Shown: positions 25,809 to 40,500 of the stretch, in pieces
Numbering within the stretch: position 1 is the stretch's first letter
How the letters are laid out: every line of letters starts with the position of its first letter
Assembly: GCA_028534125.1 (NCBI GenBank)
Contig: CM052816.1
Coordinates: 73,472,001 to 73,536,000, forward strand
DNA from: Lama glama
Lineage: Eukaryota
Direction: 5' to 3'
DNA length: 64,000 nucleotides
Notes under the pieces: generated by a model
Databases searched by the model: none
What the model saw: only the letters and a program-made list of their open reading frames with translations
What the model was told of the DNA's origin: nothing
Program-made: the position numbers and the translations under genes

Positions 25809-28800
25809 CTAATCAACTGGTCCTTAATAATTCAATACTATTTCATTAATTTTCTCTGGTTAATCTACTGCAGCAAAGAAATATTGGTTTTCCATAAGTA
25901 AGGCCTCCTAACCCTTCTTATCATGCCCCCCTCCGCCCCCGGCATCTCAGACATTAGAGTGATAAGTGGTCAGTGATAAGAAGAGCAGAGAGCAGGGGAA
26001 AGGGAAAACGGACAAAACAGGTGTCCCCCAGAAATGAGGCCCATACTCTATAATCCAGCACCCCTGAGTTCCAGACTCTGTTCTACCACTGCGGGATGTG
26101 GGCATCCATTTATTCACCTGTAAAACGAATGCACGGGATTCTGTTATGGTTCAGATTCCCACCGGCCCTGCAGTGCTGCGCTGCTCTCTGTAAGGCAGGA
26201 CCTCTCTTCCTTTCGCTTGAAAGCCCTAGTTAAAAACAAACAAGACGCCACTATTTTATTTTCCCCAAATACCACGACTATAAAGCATCATCGCCAGCTG
26301 CACACACCAACAATGTCTTAAACCTGGCACTGTCTGTATCCAAAAGAAAAAATGGGCTGGAACACACCCTCATAAGGGCTGCACCGCAGACTTCAAAAAT
26401 GAGGCCTGCACATGTCTACTCTGTAGACGAGCCTGGCTGACTTTTGACCTGACTTAGTATTACTTGAAGCAGCTTACTGACACTGCCAATAACATCACAC
26501 ATAATAGAACACGCATCTTGTAACTGAACCACAGATAGTGCCAGGCAACGTAAAGAATCCAGGAAATACACACTCAAAATGTGAACTGTTCAGAGTAGCT
26601 ACTGGAGGTTCTGGCACATATGCAAACTGCTTCTCTGAAGTTAAATAGCCACATTTTAGGATTCTTTCATGACTGCTGCCATGCTCTTGCTTTTAAAAGC
26701 CTCAATAATTTCTCAAGACATCATATTTAACAAAAGGCCACATCTATTTCCCCTAATAAAGATTTAGCCTAACATTGCTGGATATGTTTAGAGCATAGAA
26801 GGAAAGCATGCCTTCCACAGGTTGGAAAAAAGAGAAAAACAGCCTTTTAGAATTAGTACCACTCTAATCTGAAGCTTGTACTGTCCTTTTCAATCGCTGC
26901 AGAGGAACAATTAATAAAGGAATCCATTAAGACCTGATTATTGCTGCTAAAAAAGGAAGGTAGAATTTCAGTCCTTTGAAGTAACTGAGAATGATTCAGG
27001 CCTCATTACAGAGATATAATCTACATTCATACATTTATGTTAGTGATTCAAATCTATTGGGAGAGATTGAATTCCGTTAAATAGTGCATCTTTCCTGTGG
27101 AACTTTTCTCAGGCTTTCTCGGGCTAACCTAAGAGGTGACCTAACAATGCAAAGCAGCGGAGTATTTAGGGATTCAACTGTCCTATAAAAGAAAGGCTGT
27201 ACAGAAAAAAGAAAGAAGAATGAGATATAATCTAAAAAGCTATGTCAGCTTTTCCTTTGGGCTGTTTTGTAAATGCCTTTCCTGTCATCATGCTGTACGG
27301 CAGAGAGGCGAAAGGGCTCTAGAACTTTTAAACACTGCACCTGCTGCAACCAGATTTTAATATGGAAGTTTTGAAGATGTGTTTTTCCCGTTTTGGACAG
27401 AATTAAAACACAAAACTTCTAGCTTTAAGATCTGAACAGCTTCTTCCACTGGAGAGGACATTTGGTAGATGTAATGTTTGGGTGTGTGTGTGAAAGAGAG
27501 AATCTACCTTTGAGACTGGGGGAGGGGGATGTCTATTGTGAGTCAAAAAACATTTAAAGGATCTCAGGCTGGCATCAGTAGTGTTTATGCCCAATGTAGA
27601 GAAACCTCAAAATTATAACTTCCTGTGTTTTGTAACTTTTCATGGGAAACTTTATGTTATGGTTTCATCAAACATATTTTTTGAGAAACATAGTTTTAAT
27701 TAGTTGTCAGTTCAAACATTTGGATTCTGCTGAACAATTGAGCTGAAACTCTAATCCCTTAGAAACACTACACTCTTTTTCAGGCATTTGTCAGCTCAGG
27801 TATAAACCTGTGAACTAGAAAACTGAAATTAGCCCTGTGAGCTTATTTTTAAATATCCATGATTTAGTGAAAGAACAAGACTTGTTGACATATGCTCTTT
27901 ATTTGCTTAACTTTTCAATTAATAGCTACAGAAATATAGAGCTAATTATATTAAATTTAAAAATCTACTGTGGTGTTCACCACATTGTCAAAATTTTCTG
28001 AATAAGCATTGCAATGGTTTATAAATAATGCTGTTAAAATCCTGATTCTAGTATTAACTGGTTCTGTTTCAAAGGCTCTGAATGCACAGGGAAATGTAAG
28101 AGCATGCATGTAAAGTTATTTTTCAGGTCAGTAAACAACATAATTAGGCAATCATTCCCAATGCCCATTTTGAAAGCTAGATTTTTTTTTTATTTCTTTG
28201 TATTTTTTCCTGTTCACAATGAAGACTGAGACCGAACGCATATTGTAGAGATTCTGGATTGTCCCATATATACAAGCTCACCTCATTAGTTCCTTCCGAA
28301 TTACAGTTGCAGGGGTGACACTCCCAAGTTCACCTTGAAGTGATTCTCCCTCTTTTAATAGCTGCCTAAAAATCAGTTTGAACCATAGGAAATTGCCACT
28401 TTTGAAGGTCACATTGCCACAAAACATTGGCAATTTCATATGCTTCAATATAACACAGATGCCCAGCTGCCTTACAGAACAGAAGTACTTTATACCCATA
28501 CACCTTTAGGCATTTCTTCCAGTCAAGCCTTCCCTAGCTTAGAGTAATTTTTAAAGAAGAGATTCTCTACTAACCCTTACTCAGATTAGAACGGATTATC
28601 ACAGTATCTCCTTCTTTGTGCCTCTTAATCCTTGGCAAAGACTTCCTAGCCAGGGACTTGGTTCTGTCTGTACCTGAGAGGTGAGCAAGTGTATTAGTAA
28701 TGAAGGAGTCGTGGGGTGGTGAATGTAAGAAAGAGAGGGAGACTGATGGTGCAAGTATATTGTACAGTAGGGCCCATTACAAATTAAATTTGAAGACAGA

Positions 28801-29805
28801 AAAAAGAAAACACCCTTTGATAGCAAAGCGCAAAAGAAATTGCTAGAAAACAATATTCGGCCAAATCGTAAGGGTAAATCTTCGCAATCTCAATAAAGCG
28901 AGTTCTCTTTGAAGTGCACGCGTTATTCTGTAAACGACCCTTGTTAGCAATTAGAAATCGGTCATTTCGGTCCCTGATTTCATTTGCACCGAGAGAGGCG
29001 ACTTTTAAGGGTGGTGATAAATCTCCCTGAGTTTAAAAGGCAGAGAGGGCCAAAGTGTGAACTTTTTACTTTAGCAACGGAAGCGAGGAATCAGTGATTC
29101 ATTAAAGCAAAGACCTCCTTGGAAGCTGGCAGAAGAGGAGGAAAGGAAGCTAATTATGTCTTCCCTTTCTTTGCTCGATCCCACCAGTTTATAATCTGCT
29201 GCTTTGGAGGGTTTATCCTCAGCATCTTCTGCTTTCTCCCTCAGCCTCCCTCCTCGGAGCGAGAGTGGGGATAAAAAGTCAGCAAAGCACCAGGCTCCAG
29301 GTGGCTCTCAAGTACTACACTGCCAAAAGGGGGGAAAAAAAGTCCTATGCTGGAAAACAAGTGAGAAAGGGGCTCCCCAGAGGAGACTGGTGTAGGCTGG
29401 AAGACAGCGAAATCCGGAAAGCTTGAGGATACAGCTCGCGCCGGTGCCCAGCGCAGCGAGCACAAGGACGCTTTCGCAGCAATTAGCCCGAGCTGAAGGC
29501 GCCGGCAGAGGCTGCAGGCTGCGGCTGCCCGGGTTGGGAGGAAGGGACCCGCAGCCCCCGAGCTCCGTGCAGATGCATCGCGCTCCCTTCTCCTCGCTCC
29601 CCTGCTCTCCCCGCTCCCGGCCCCCTCCCCCCTCCCTCTCCTTGGCGTTCCCAGCAGCGGAGGGTTTCAGATGTCCCACCGCCGTTTGACCCCCTCCCCC
29701 CGCTTCTCCACCCCTGCAAATGAGGTTTGACCAGCAGAGGCAAAGCCCACCTCTGGCTTAGAATCACTGACATTTAGACTCCAGGCTTCAACCTGTTTAC
29801 AAGCG

Positions 29806-30842
<1,037 letters not shown>

Positions 30843-33800
30843 TAACAAATGCGCGCTCCCTTCCCTCCAATTATCCACCCCCACCCCAAACGGGGGGGAG
30901 AAATCTGTTCCAGATGTGGCCAGCTAAATATTTACGTCCCCAACCCCTGTAAAATGATTAAGTGGGATACTTTCACACTAAATCACCCCCCCTCCACAAT
31001 ACATTGTGCTGCCGCACTCCCTCCCCTCAGCGCGCTCCCTCCACACCCCGCACTCCTCGCCACCCTATCCACCCCGTCTCTCTGGCTTGTCACTCGCGGG
31101 ATCACACAGGGCGCCCAAGAGTGGTTGCAGTGCATAGGTGCCCTTCTCTGGCTCCATCACCCTTCCCCACCTCATCCCAAGGTCTCCTTTCCCTCCCTTC
31201 TGGAAGTGACTCAAGTAAACACATTTTGTTTCCTTTCGCTGGCAATCTTACTAAGAGTTTCAAGTCAGTTTCCTCAAGCTGAAAATAATTATCCACTGTC
31301 AATTATAAGGACTTTAATGGGAACTTTATTTAAGAAAGAAAAGATAATTAATTTCACTGTCTCCCTGCCTGCGTCCCTTTACCCCACCACCCCTCTAGAT
31401 AGGAGCAAAAAGCAATTTTCTGGTTTTGATTTTTGGGGTTCCTTCATGTTGGTTTGAGTGATTGCAGCCCATGAAGTTAGCTTTTCAGGCACCACCGCTG
31501 CTATTTGTCTTCTGCCTGCCTTCTCTGTTGGTAACATGATGCCCATGTCTGCATTGTCAACAGCATATGCGCTGCTTTGTGGTGTCCTGTTGTACTCGTT
31601 CCTTCTGAAACCTCTCATATTGCAGAGCCATACTACTACAGCATTGTAAACATCTGGGACTGGAGTCACACAGACCTCACACAAATTTCATTGTCATTCT
31701 TTTATTTTCAAAGTAAAAGTCATAAGTCTGTTTCCATCGCTGTAGTTTACCCCATAGGATGAGGTTTTATCCTCAGTACAAATTATGCCCCAGATCTTTG
31801 GATTTCTTGCCTTTTTCCTTTCTTTCTCCCTCTTTTTTTCCTTTTTTAGCTTTCTCGTCTTTCTTTCTTGCAGGGATGTGGGCTGGGTAGGGGGAGGGAG
31901 AACTACAGGAGGAGGGGTGGACATTGTGTCTCTTCTTGAATCAGTCCAGCAAAGCCAGATTACTCTGTTGGCTTCCTTTCCTAGTTACTTTCAAGCGGTG
32001 AGACTTATTCATCCTCCATTGATTGCTATTTGAAAGGATCCTGAGGCTGTGTAATGGCACACTGAAGACAGTAGACAATGACATTTAAATATCTTTAATG
32101 ACCATTTAGTATTATCTCGATGGTACTTCCAAGTCATCTTTTCAAGGGACTTTTTTGTGTCAACTGATTGGGAATTCCAAGTATATATTTGCCAGTTAAC
32201 TTAAATACATGAGTCATATATTTCAAGACTCCTTAGTCCAGAAGGTATGTGCTACTAATGGGAAGGACAGTTAACCAGAACTTAGCATTATCTTTTTAAA
32301 GATTTACAAAACATAAGACTTAGTTTTCTTACTTGAGGACTCACATACATTCAACATTAACTTCTGTTCCTCCTCAGCCGCTGCTTTCATTTGCTAAAAT
32401 TAGCAATATGTATACAAGTAATAAAAATATTTGCATAAGCATTTTAAAGTATTCCATTATTCCATTTGATGTTTATTACCAGAGAGGTTAAATAGTTCAT
32501 TGCCTATATTTTTTTCCATTCTGAATCACACGGGTGGCTGAAATAATGTCATTTATGATGTGGTTTTTTTTTTTTTTGCTCAAAAATAATCTGTTACCTG
32601 AATTTATTAAATACAATGTATAGATGTTATGATTGTTGATTTAAACATTTAATACTTTTGTTCACTTCTAAAACAAATAGTTGTGGTATCATCCAGGTAG
32701 TACGATAGGGAAGAAGTGGTCCAAATATTTACTGAAGAGTGAGCTGGGAGCTAAAAAAAAGTAATTCAGAGGGATTGAAATTCTTCTTTGTATTTTTAGT
32801 TCATGGAGATAATTCAAAGAAATACAATAAAATTTCAGAGCATTAACCTTCAGCCAATTTTTCACACTAATTTGATTTTACTATTGCTGTATTTTAAATG
32901 TCTTTATGAAGTGATATAAGGACCAATCTACAGTAGTTTGTTTATGCAAGTTAAATTACTATTTTCTAAAATAATGATCACTAAAATAATAATCATTTAG
33001 TAAAATGGTTTCCAAGGTATATGTTAAAATATATTTCCATGGTAAGAATTATCTGCAAAGAGAAAAGTATATGACTTTTATCACGTAAAAACAAGTGTGG
33101 AAAATTCTCAGCCTAACTGTCCAAAATATAGTAATATATCTTCCATATGATAAATTGTAACTAATAGTCCTTGTTAAAAATTACAATATCTTATAAAGTA
33201 ATGCAATCCTAGTCAATAGTTGAAAATGAAAGGGGGTAGGGCTTACTCTGTTAAATAATGTCAAACCGTAAATAATTTAGTCCTTCCAAGAACATCTGTA
33301 TCAAGGCATTGCAAGTGAATAATAGAGGTTGAAAAAGCTTTAATTTCACATGTGGCTAGGTAATCAGAATGCTGCTACAATTTCCAGCTGGACTGATTCA
33401 GCTGAACTACATGGTATCATTAAGATATTGTCTAAATGTTGCATAATTACATGAGAACAAACTTTGCCATGCCTATAGGGTAGCCAGCCAGCCAGCCCAC
33501 CAAATGGTAGCCTGTTAAATATTAGGGTGTCTAACCTCTGAAGAGTGTCAGTTCCTTGTCCAAAAACCACATTTTTAGTAATATTTTCCTAAACAAGTTA
33601 TTAATTTTTTTCAGTACACAAAGCTGTTCTTTTGAGGTTTGCTTATTTGAAGCTTAATTTTCTTTGTTACTTTTGACTCTAGTATTATTGCTGCTAAAAT
33701 ACAGTAACAGCTTATCTAAGAGGTTACATGTTTGTGATGTCCTGGGTAATTAAACAACTGTTTTACTGGCTTTTTGCCAGCAAACTGCTAACAAAAGAGA

Positions 33801-34414
33801 AGTAAGGAAATCAACCATTAGCATTGCAAAATCATTTTTAATGTCTGCCTCCAAAGTTGGTTCCCAGAAATTGGATGGTTCTAAAAGTATTACATGTGCT
33901 AAAGAAACTCTGTTTTGAGTGATTCTTACAATTTTTTAGGAGTGGGTATTTTCTGCTTGCTTCTTTGCCATTATATGAAAGTGGAATAAAGGGAGCAGTG
34001 ATGAATTATGTTTCTCCTGCTAGAAGTCTGAGAAAGCTTGAATAATTTAGAATAGCTGTGGTGTATCTGTCACTAGATATGCTCAGGCTCATTTGGGTTT
34101 GTTTTATCATTCTTTACATCTAGAGCTTTTGCCCTTGAAACATTACCACTCAGCTCTAGTTCTGGCCTCCTGGAAAGGCTGGATACAGCTGTTAGATACC
34201 CTTGCAACTGGGACTGGTGGACTTATTTTTGGGTGTGAGTAAAACAGCTGTGGGCTTCTCCCACAGTTGTCACTTATAGAAAAGGGCAGTCTAGTGAAAA
34301 GATAATGTATCCTTAAACTTGAGACAGCCAAGGAAAGATATTCTCTAAATGGAAAGCCACAGTGCTTATGAGTCTTTCCAGGAAAGGAATACGGGCGACA
34401 TTAGAAAAATCAGC

Positions 34415-34630
34415 ATGTACCGAGTATGCAGTATGTGCTGTATTTCTTTAAATATATACCTCATTTAACACTCATAATAGTTCTATGATTTAAATGGAAC
34501 TATCCACACTTTTCAAAGATGAAAACTAATGCTGAAAAAAAGTAAATACCCAAGGCCATTCAACAAGAAACTGACAGAGCTAGGACTCAGGCCTAAGTCC
34601 GGCTGCACCAGGACTTACTTCTTCTGTCTC
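34415..34630 (-). mobile_element. MIR SINE
   Basis: ctcatttaacactcataa...ttttcaaagatgaaaactaatgct...cccaaggcca...cagagctaggactc is the antisense MIR core. Confidence 0.75.
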
Positions 34631-37600
34631 TCTGCTACTGGGAACACTGACGTCAGTATATTAGAAGTAGGCACTACAAAACTCTAAAAAAGTTATCCAA
34701 ATCTTTAATTGGTTTTTGCTATCCAGCTGTTTTTCAGAAGGAGATTAGATTGGCAATAAAATGACAGTGGAACAGTTTGAAAAGTGTTAAAGGTATCATT
34801 GCAGGTAGCTACATGGTAGCAGACCATATTCGTGCATTCTCTGTGTGAAATCTCTTTTGATATTATGTTTGATAATATAATTGCTCGTGGACACACAATG
34901 TACACATACATCAAGTCTCACAGAGGACTTTAGAAATACATGACTAAGAAAAATCCATGAATGTCATCGTATATAGTAATTGTTTACAGCTGAGGGCCAA
35001 ATTTTTAATTGTTCCCACATGTAATAAAATAATTTGATTGTAAATACAAGTGTGAAATTGGGCTGTTGAAGAAACTTCTGATTTATGATTCTAAAAGGAG
35101 CAAAATCTTGGAGACATAAAGCTACATATATATTAAGAAAGCTTTAAAATGACTCAGCAAATCAAAAAGGTACTTCACTGCATAAAAGTGACAGATCATT
35201 GTCTTGTATTAAAAATTTGCATTATTACTTTTTAATCATGACTAGAGCTTATTGTAGGAAGTTTAAGAAAGTAAAAACATAATTTTTGAGGAAAATAGGG
35301 ACTCAAATATTATCTCTTAATAAATATACAACAGTTTCCTGGGAAGATAACGTATATAACAACTTATAGCTCCCACTGGTGTCTTATTTACATTGTGGTA
35401 ATTTCTGGAGTTTGGTTGCATAATTGATAACTGGCAGCATTTAATCATGAGGATTGAGGATTTATGAACGTGGAAGGCACTGTATTTAATGTTTACATGA
35501 CACTGTCCTGTTTCCTTTACTGCATTCCTACCATATGGACCCTCCACTTTGATGGATTTATCATAAATCCATTCAAAATGCACACTTATAGAGAGTTTCC
35601 TCTTCATAAACCTGATTTATAACCATCTACTAGAAGAAACTCAAGAAAAAACTTAGCAGAAATCACATGCCAATACTGCAGTATGAGGATTCGGAGACAC
35701 CACTCTCTAGGGCTTGGGTATTTGAGCAATCTATTACCCAAAGGTACGGACCACCTTTTAAAAACAGGTGTTTTCCAAATGATGTTTAAGCACAGAATTT
35801 AAAAGAAGAAGAATTGTATCTTATACAACGAAGGAAATCCCACTGTATTCATTTTTCTTCTACATTTTTACTACCCAGATTAGAGAGAAGAGCCTTACTC
35901 CAATTCATTTCTTTCGTGTTTAATGAACTTATAGTAGAACATGAATGAGCACTTTAAATTCCTACACAATTACCTTAATGTTCAGAGGCAAACCTCATTT
36001 ATTATCCAAACGTCTGACCTTCCACAAGCCAAAATGTTGGGAAAAAAGTTGACGGCTCATTTGAAATAGAGCTAATGTTTCTCACAGTTATGAGCTGCCT
36101 ATGAACAGCTACATCTTTCCTAAGCCTTAAATGTCTGTATGCTTATCCAAAATTGTAGTACAAATGATATTTCTTTATTATGCTTCAGAAGAAAGAGTAA
36201 TACATGTGTGTTAGTTCAAAGTGATTTTAATCTATCTTAACATTAATTCTGTGAACTTTGCAATGAAGAGTAATTCAGATGACATTTTTAGTATTACTGT
36301 TCCAACATTTGTCAGCATTAATAGTTGATGTTTGCTTAATGTAAGTAAAATATTAGCATTTCCTTCCCAGAAATTAAAGTTCTCCTTTAATTTTTCCAGT
36401 AAAATGGGGCATACGATTTACATTAATACAATTTTAATACAGTTTTCTTACAGTCTAGAAAAGTAGTGAAGTTCACTTTATCTCAAGTTGTTTATGCAGA
36501 AGTATCTTAATTTTTCATGTATGCTACAGTGTTTTAAGATCATTTATATTTGCCACTTGACAAATGGTGTTTGTTACTTGGTTTTGCAAATTAAAAACGT
36601 TTACTTTTCAAAGTTGGCACTTTTTTTTCAGTGTTTATTACCTTAACCTGTGCTGGCCATTTGGTATAGCAAGTGATAACCTAGGAAAGTGCCTTTAATA
36701 TTAGTGTAAGAAGATATACCTGCATCTTGGGAAGCCACCAACAACAATTTGATACTATATAATGAATAAAAATTGTTGATGCTTTACAGAATCAGTTTAA
36801 AACCAAGTATTCAATTAGTGCAGATTTTATACAAATAGAAGGTTTCAAGAGATCTAAAAGGGAGCCGAGTCATCTACAAAATAATGGTCTTAAAGGCTCC
36901 CTTGCTTTTAAATCGAGTTAGTTGTGTTCTTTCTTTGAACGCTATGTTCTAATTGGGACAATAAATCAAAGACGACACTCAGAGTAGATTCCCATGTAAG
37001 GTGGACAACTGGACAGTGACTGTTTACTGCTGCTAACACGTGCATCCAATTACCATTTGATAGATTCATAGTGCTGGCAGTAAAGCATTGCCTCATTTTA
37101 TATTTCACCTAATAATTCTTCAACCTAAACCTGTCTACCTTTACCTATATCTAATCTGTCAATATATGTGTTATCATTGATGGGGAATTTTCAAATGTTT
37201 GGCATGCTTCCTACAATGGATGATGACATTAAGATATTAATGAATCATTTAATTAACCATAATAGAAGAGGTAAAGTATAAAGTTAATGTATCCCTAACT
37301 TCAGGTAATTGTCAAGTAAATATAACCTAATAATTTCCCTACAACTACAACTTAATTATGAATTGTATGGGTTAACGGCAACTTAATACTAAATAGCAAA
37401 ATTAAGAACCTCAAAAATTAATTCTAAATAATTCTAATAAATTAATCCTAACTTTAAAATTAAGAACATTTTTTCAAAAGGCATTTTTATATTATCATTA
37501 TTATTTTCTTTCAAGGACCTTATGTTAACATATTCTATGATAAACATACGTGTTAGTTCATCCTGAAGCTTTTTTGAGGTGCTGCCCCTGTTTGAGGATA

Positions 37601-39644
37601 ACTTGACATATTCATGGAGTCTTTACAGTTCAAGGCCCATCAACTTCTTTCTAACAGTTCTGCCTTGAGGCTGTTATACATCTAAACTACCATCCATCTG
37701 TGGCATTTTGAATCCCTGATACTTTATCACCCCTTCCCCACTTCATTATTTTCTCCTTCTTTTCTTGTTTTCTTTTTTTTTTTCAATTTCCCCTGGTTTT
37801 TAAACTTACATACCACTGAAGCAAGGGAAAGTCATCTATTAGCGTCTTAGTATCCCGTGTTACATTTAGAGACAGCAGCCTAGAACTTTTTGGATGTGTA
37901 GCATCGAAAACATATAGTTTATGTTCGATGCATAAAATTTTTCAGCAATGCAAATTCAACATACTCCATCAGATGCCTCTTCTCATTTTGAATCCCAGTG
38001 AATCCTCCCTTATCCTAGCACTGCTTATGGCTCTACCTTTAGTGAAGCGGGCAAACCAGGAATAAGCACCTTCAGAGAATGGAGGCTGATTGTCTGGTTA
38101 CTAAGTCATCAACCTGCATTTTCCCCTCAGGCTAAATATTCTGTTTCCAGTAACTCTCTGTGCAAGTTCATTTTACCTTTCTCCTATAAACTGTTTTAGT
38201 ATAGGCAACACTTACTAGGTACTTTGTCAATTTTCTGACCCCTTTGCCTTTGTCTGGACTCCTATAAAAAGAAAAAAAGTGAAGATGATTTAGGAAATTA
38301 AATAATTATTTCTCTTCTACTTTAATCATTATTTATTTCAAAAAGATGAATGCTAATTTGGAGGTCGTTAATATTTCTAAGTTCCAGAACTTCATTTAGG
38401 TTATAAAACTTCTCTGTACACCCCTGACAACCGTAGCTCTTTAAAATGAAACCCATGTTCTCATTTTAATACTGGTTAACAAAGGGGGAAAATGTAAAAG
38501 GTACATGCATGTGTACTCCAGGCTGACCAAATATAGAAGTGCACATAGCTTTGTTAGAAGGATATTGAGACAGTGACGGAAGTTAGAATTTGAATTCAGA
38601 GCATATGTGTGTTCACATACTTCTTTCAAGTAAGAACCTTTTGGCACTGATAGCTCAATTAGATTTATATTTATTATGTGCAGAATCTGACTATGTACAT
38701 ATGTTAGATTAGTGTCTTACTGTAATAGCAATTAAAAGCCAAGCTTCTTTTTACAATTAGTTTCAGATTATATAGATAAATAGATATGGATTCCCAAAGC
38801 CTAAATAGCTTTGATTTATTGATAAAACTATTAAAATAAAAATTAATATTCTGCAACATGACACTAATTTATATGCTATTTATGGTCTAAAGTGAGATAA
38901 ATTTACAATGTTATTAATGACAGTAATTAGCAATGTAGTAGACCAGATTTCTAGGGCATTTTGGAGAACATCTCTTTAGAAGATTTTCACAAATGTGAAA
39001 GTAAAAGGTGCTAGGGAAGTTAATCGGATTGTGTTATAAAAAGTTGATGAATGAAACAACATAAATATCTTGCAGCTGAAGCAAGAGAGATGGTAAAGAA
39101 CATAGAATTTGAATGTTAGAAGCCAGAGGAAAAGCAAAAGAGGCCGCAGAGCATTTAGACACAGGCTGTGAAAAGAGGAGGCGATGCTTGGCTGGAGTGA
39201 TGAAGACAAGGGTTTTGAACTCTCAAGAAGGAGATCAGGCTAATGAGTAGCACTGCAAAAGGGGTGACATGACAAGAAAGGTGTGAGGGAAATATAACCC
39301 AAGTCCTGGCATTTGACTGGATGTTAAATTAACTGAAATGAGAACCTGTGATCTAGAAGGAATCCCACAGAAGTAATCGCAGCCATGGTATCACAGCAAG
39401 GAAGGCTACATCTGAGTTCCTGCGAAAGAGGCAGAAGGGTAGAGGGGTTAAAAATGCGGGCTTTGGTTAAATGTGATTACAACTATGGACCTGGATCGAA
39501 AGTCAGCTTTGAAGAAACAGATGTGGGTGCATTTGATGCTGCAAACTGCCAGACAATAGTGTGTTACTTGGGCAAATTGTCATCAGTAAAACAAGGATAT
39601 TAACAATTCCTGCCTCTTACCTCCATGATAAAGATTAAATAAGA

Positions 39645-40500
39645 TCATTAATTCATTCAACAGAAATTTATTGAATGCCTGCTTTGTGTCAGCTATCTTC
39701 TGACACTTGAATGCATGCTGAAAAAAGATGCTGGTTTTGCTCTCACAGAGCAAATGGTGGTGAGATGGTGTCAAAAAATAAACAAGTGAACAAAGAGATA
39801 CATGATGAAAAATCGGGGTAAATGTATGGAAGAAACAAGTAGTGTACTCTAACAGAAAACAATTGGGAACTGTGCTACGCTGGAGAAGCCTTCTGAAGAT
39901 GGGAAGTAGGAGGAAGGGAGCAGCATGGGGAGAAATGGGTGCCTCCTCCAAGAAGCACAGGAAATGCACACAGAGCCTGGGGTCTGGTGAGAAGTTTGGA
40001 GTTTAAATTAATGTTTGTAATAGCTTAATGGTGCCCTCATCAAATGAGTATTATATATGTATATATGAGTAATATATATATATAATATATATAAAATATA
40101 TATATGTGTGTGTGTATATATATATGTAGTAAATGTGATGTTTTCCCTTGTTTCAAGGGAGAGCATCAGGAAAGCAACCAGCAGATGATTTGATGAAGTG
40201 GGAACTAAAAATATTAGAATAGAAAAAAGAAGCAGGAATGAGGAATACATTTGGTGTTTTTTTAAAACAGAAATATTAGAACATCTGAGATAAAAAGATT
40301 TGGAATTGTAGTATCCATAATATCCTGACGTTAGGGGGAAGCGTAGAGGTCTGATTCATTAAGAGACTACTAGCAGACATTCAGAAATTGCAGATAACTT
40401 GAGGATAGAGTGAAGAGTTAAAAATAAAGAATAGAAGGTAACAAATGTATTCAAGGACACAACTGTAAAGGAGAAGAAAAACATCAAAAAATAGGGACAA
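39645..40500 (-). mobile_element. L2 remnants with internal (TA)n-rich tract at about 40050-40125
   Basis: attcattcaacagaaatttattgaatgcctgctttgtgtcag is the antisense L2 tail. Confidence 0.6.

Noticed and set aside
30849..31457. 202-aa ORF, longest in the track
   Set aside because: Intronic, C-rich island shoulder, no recognisable domain; consistent with a chance ORF in stop-poor sequence.
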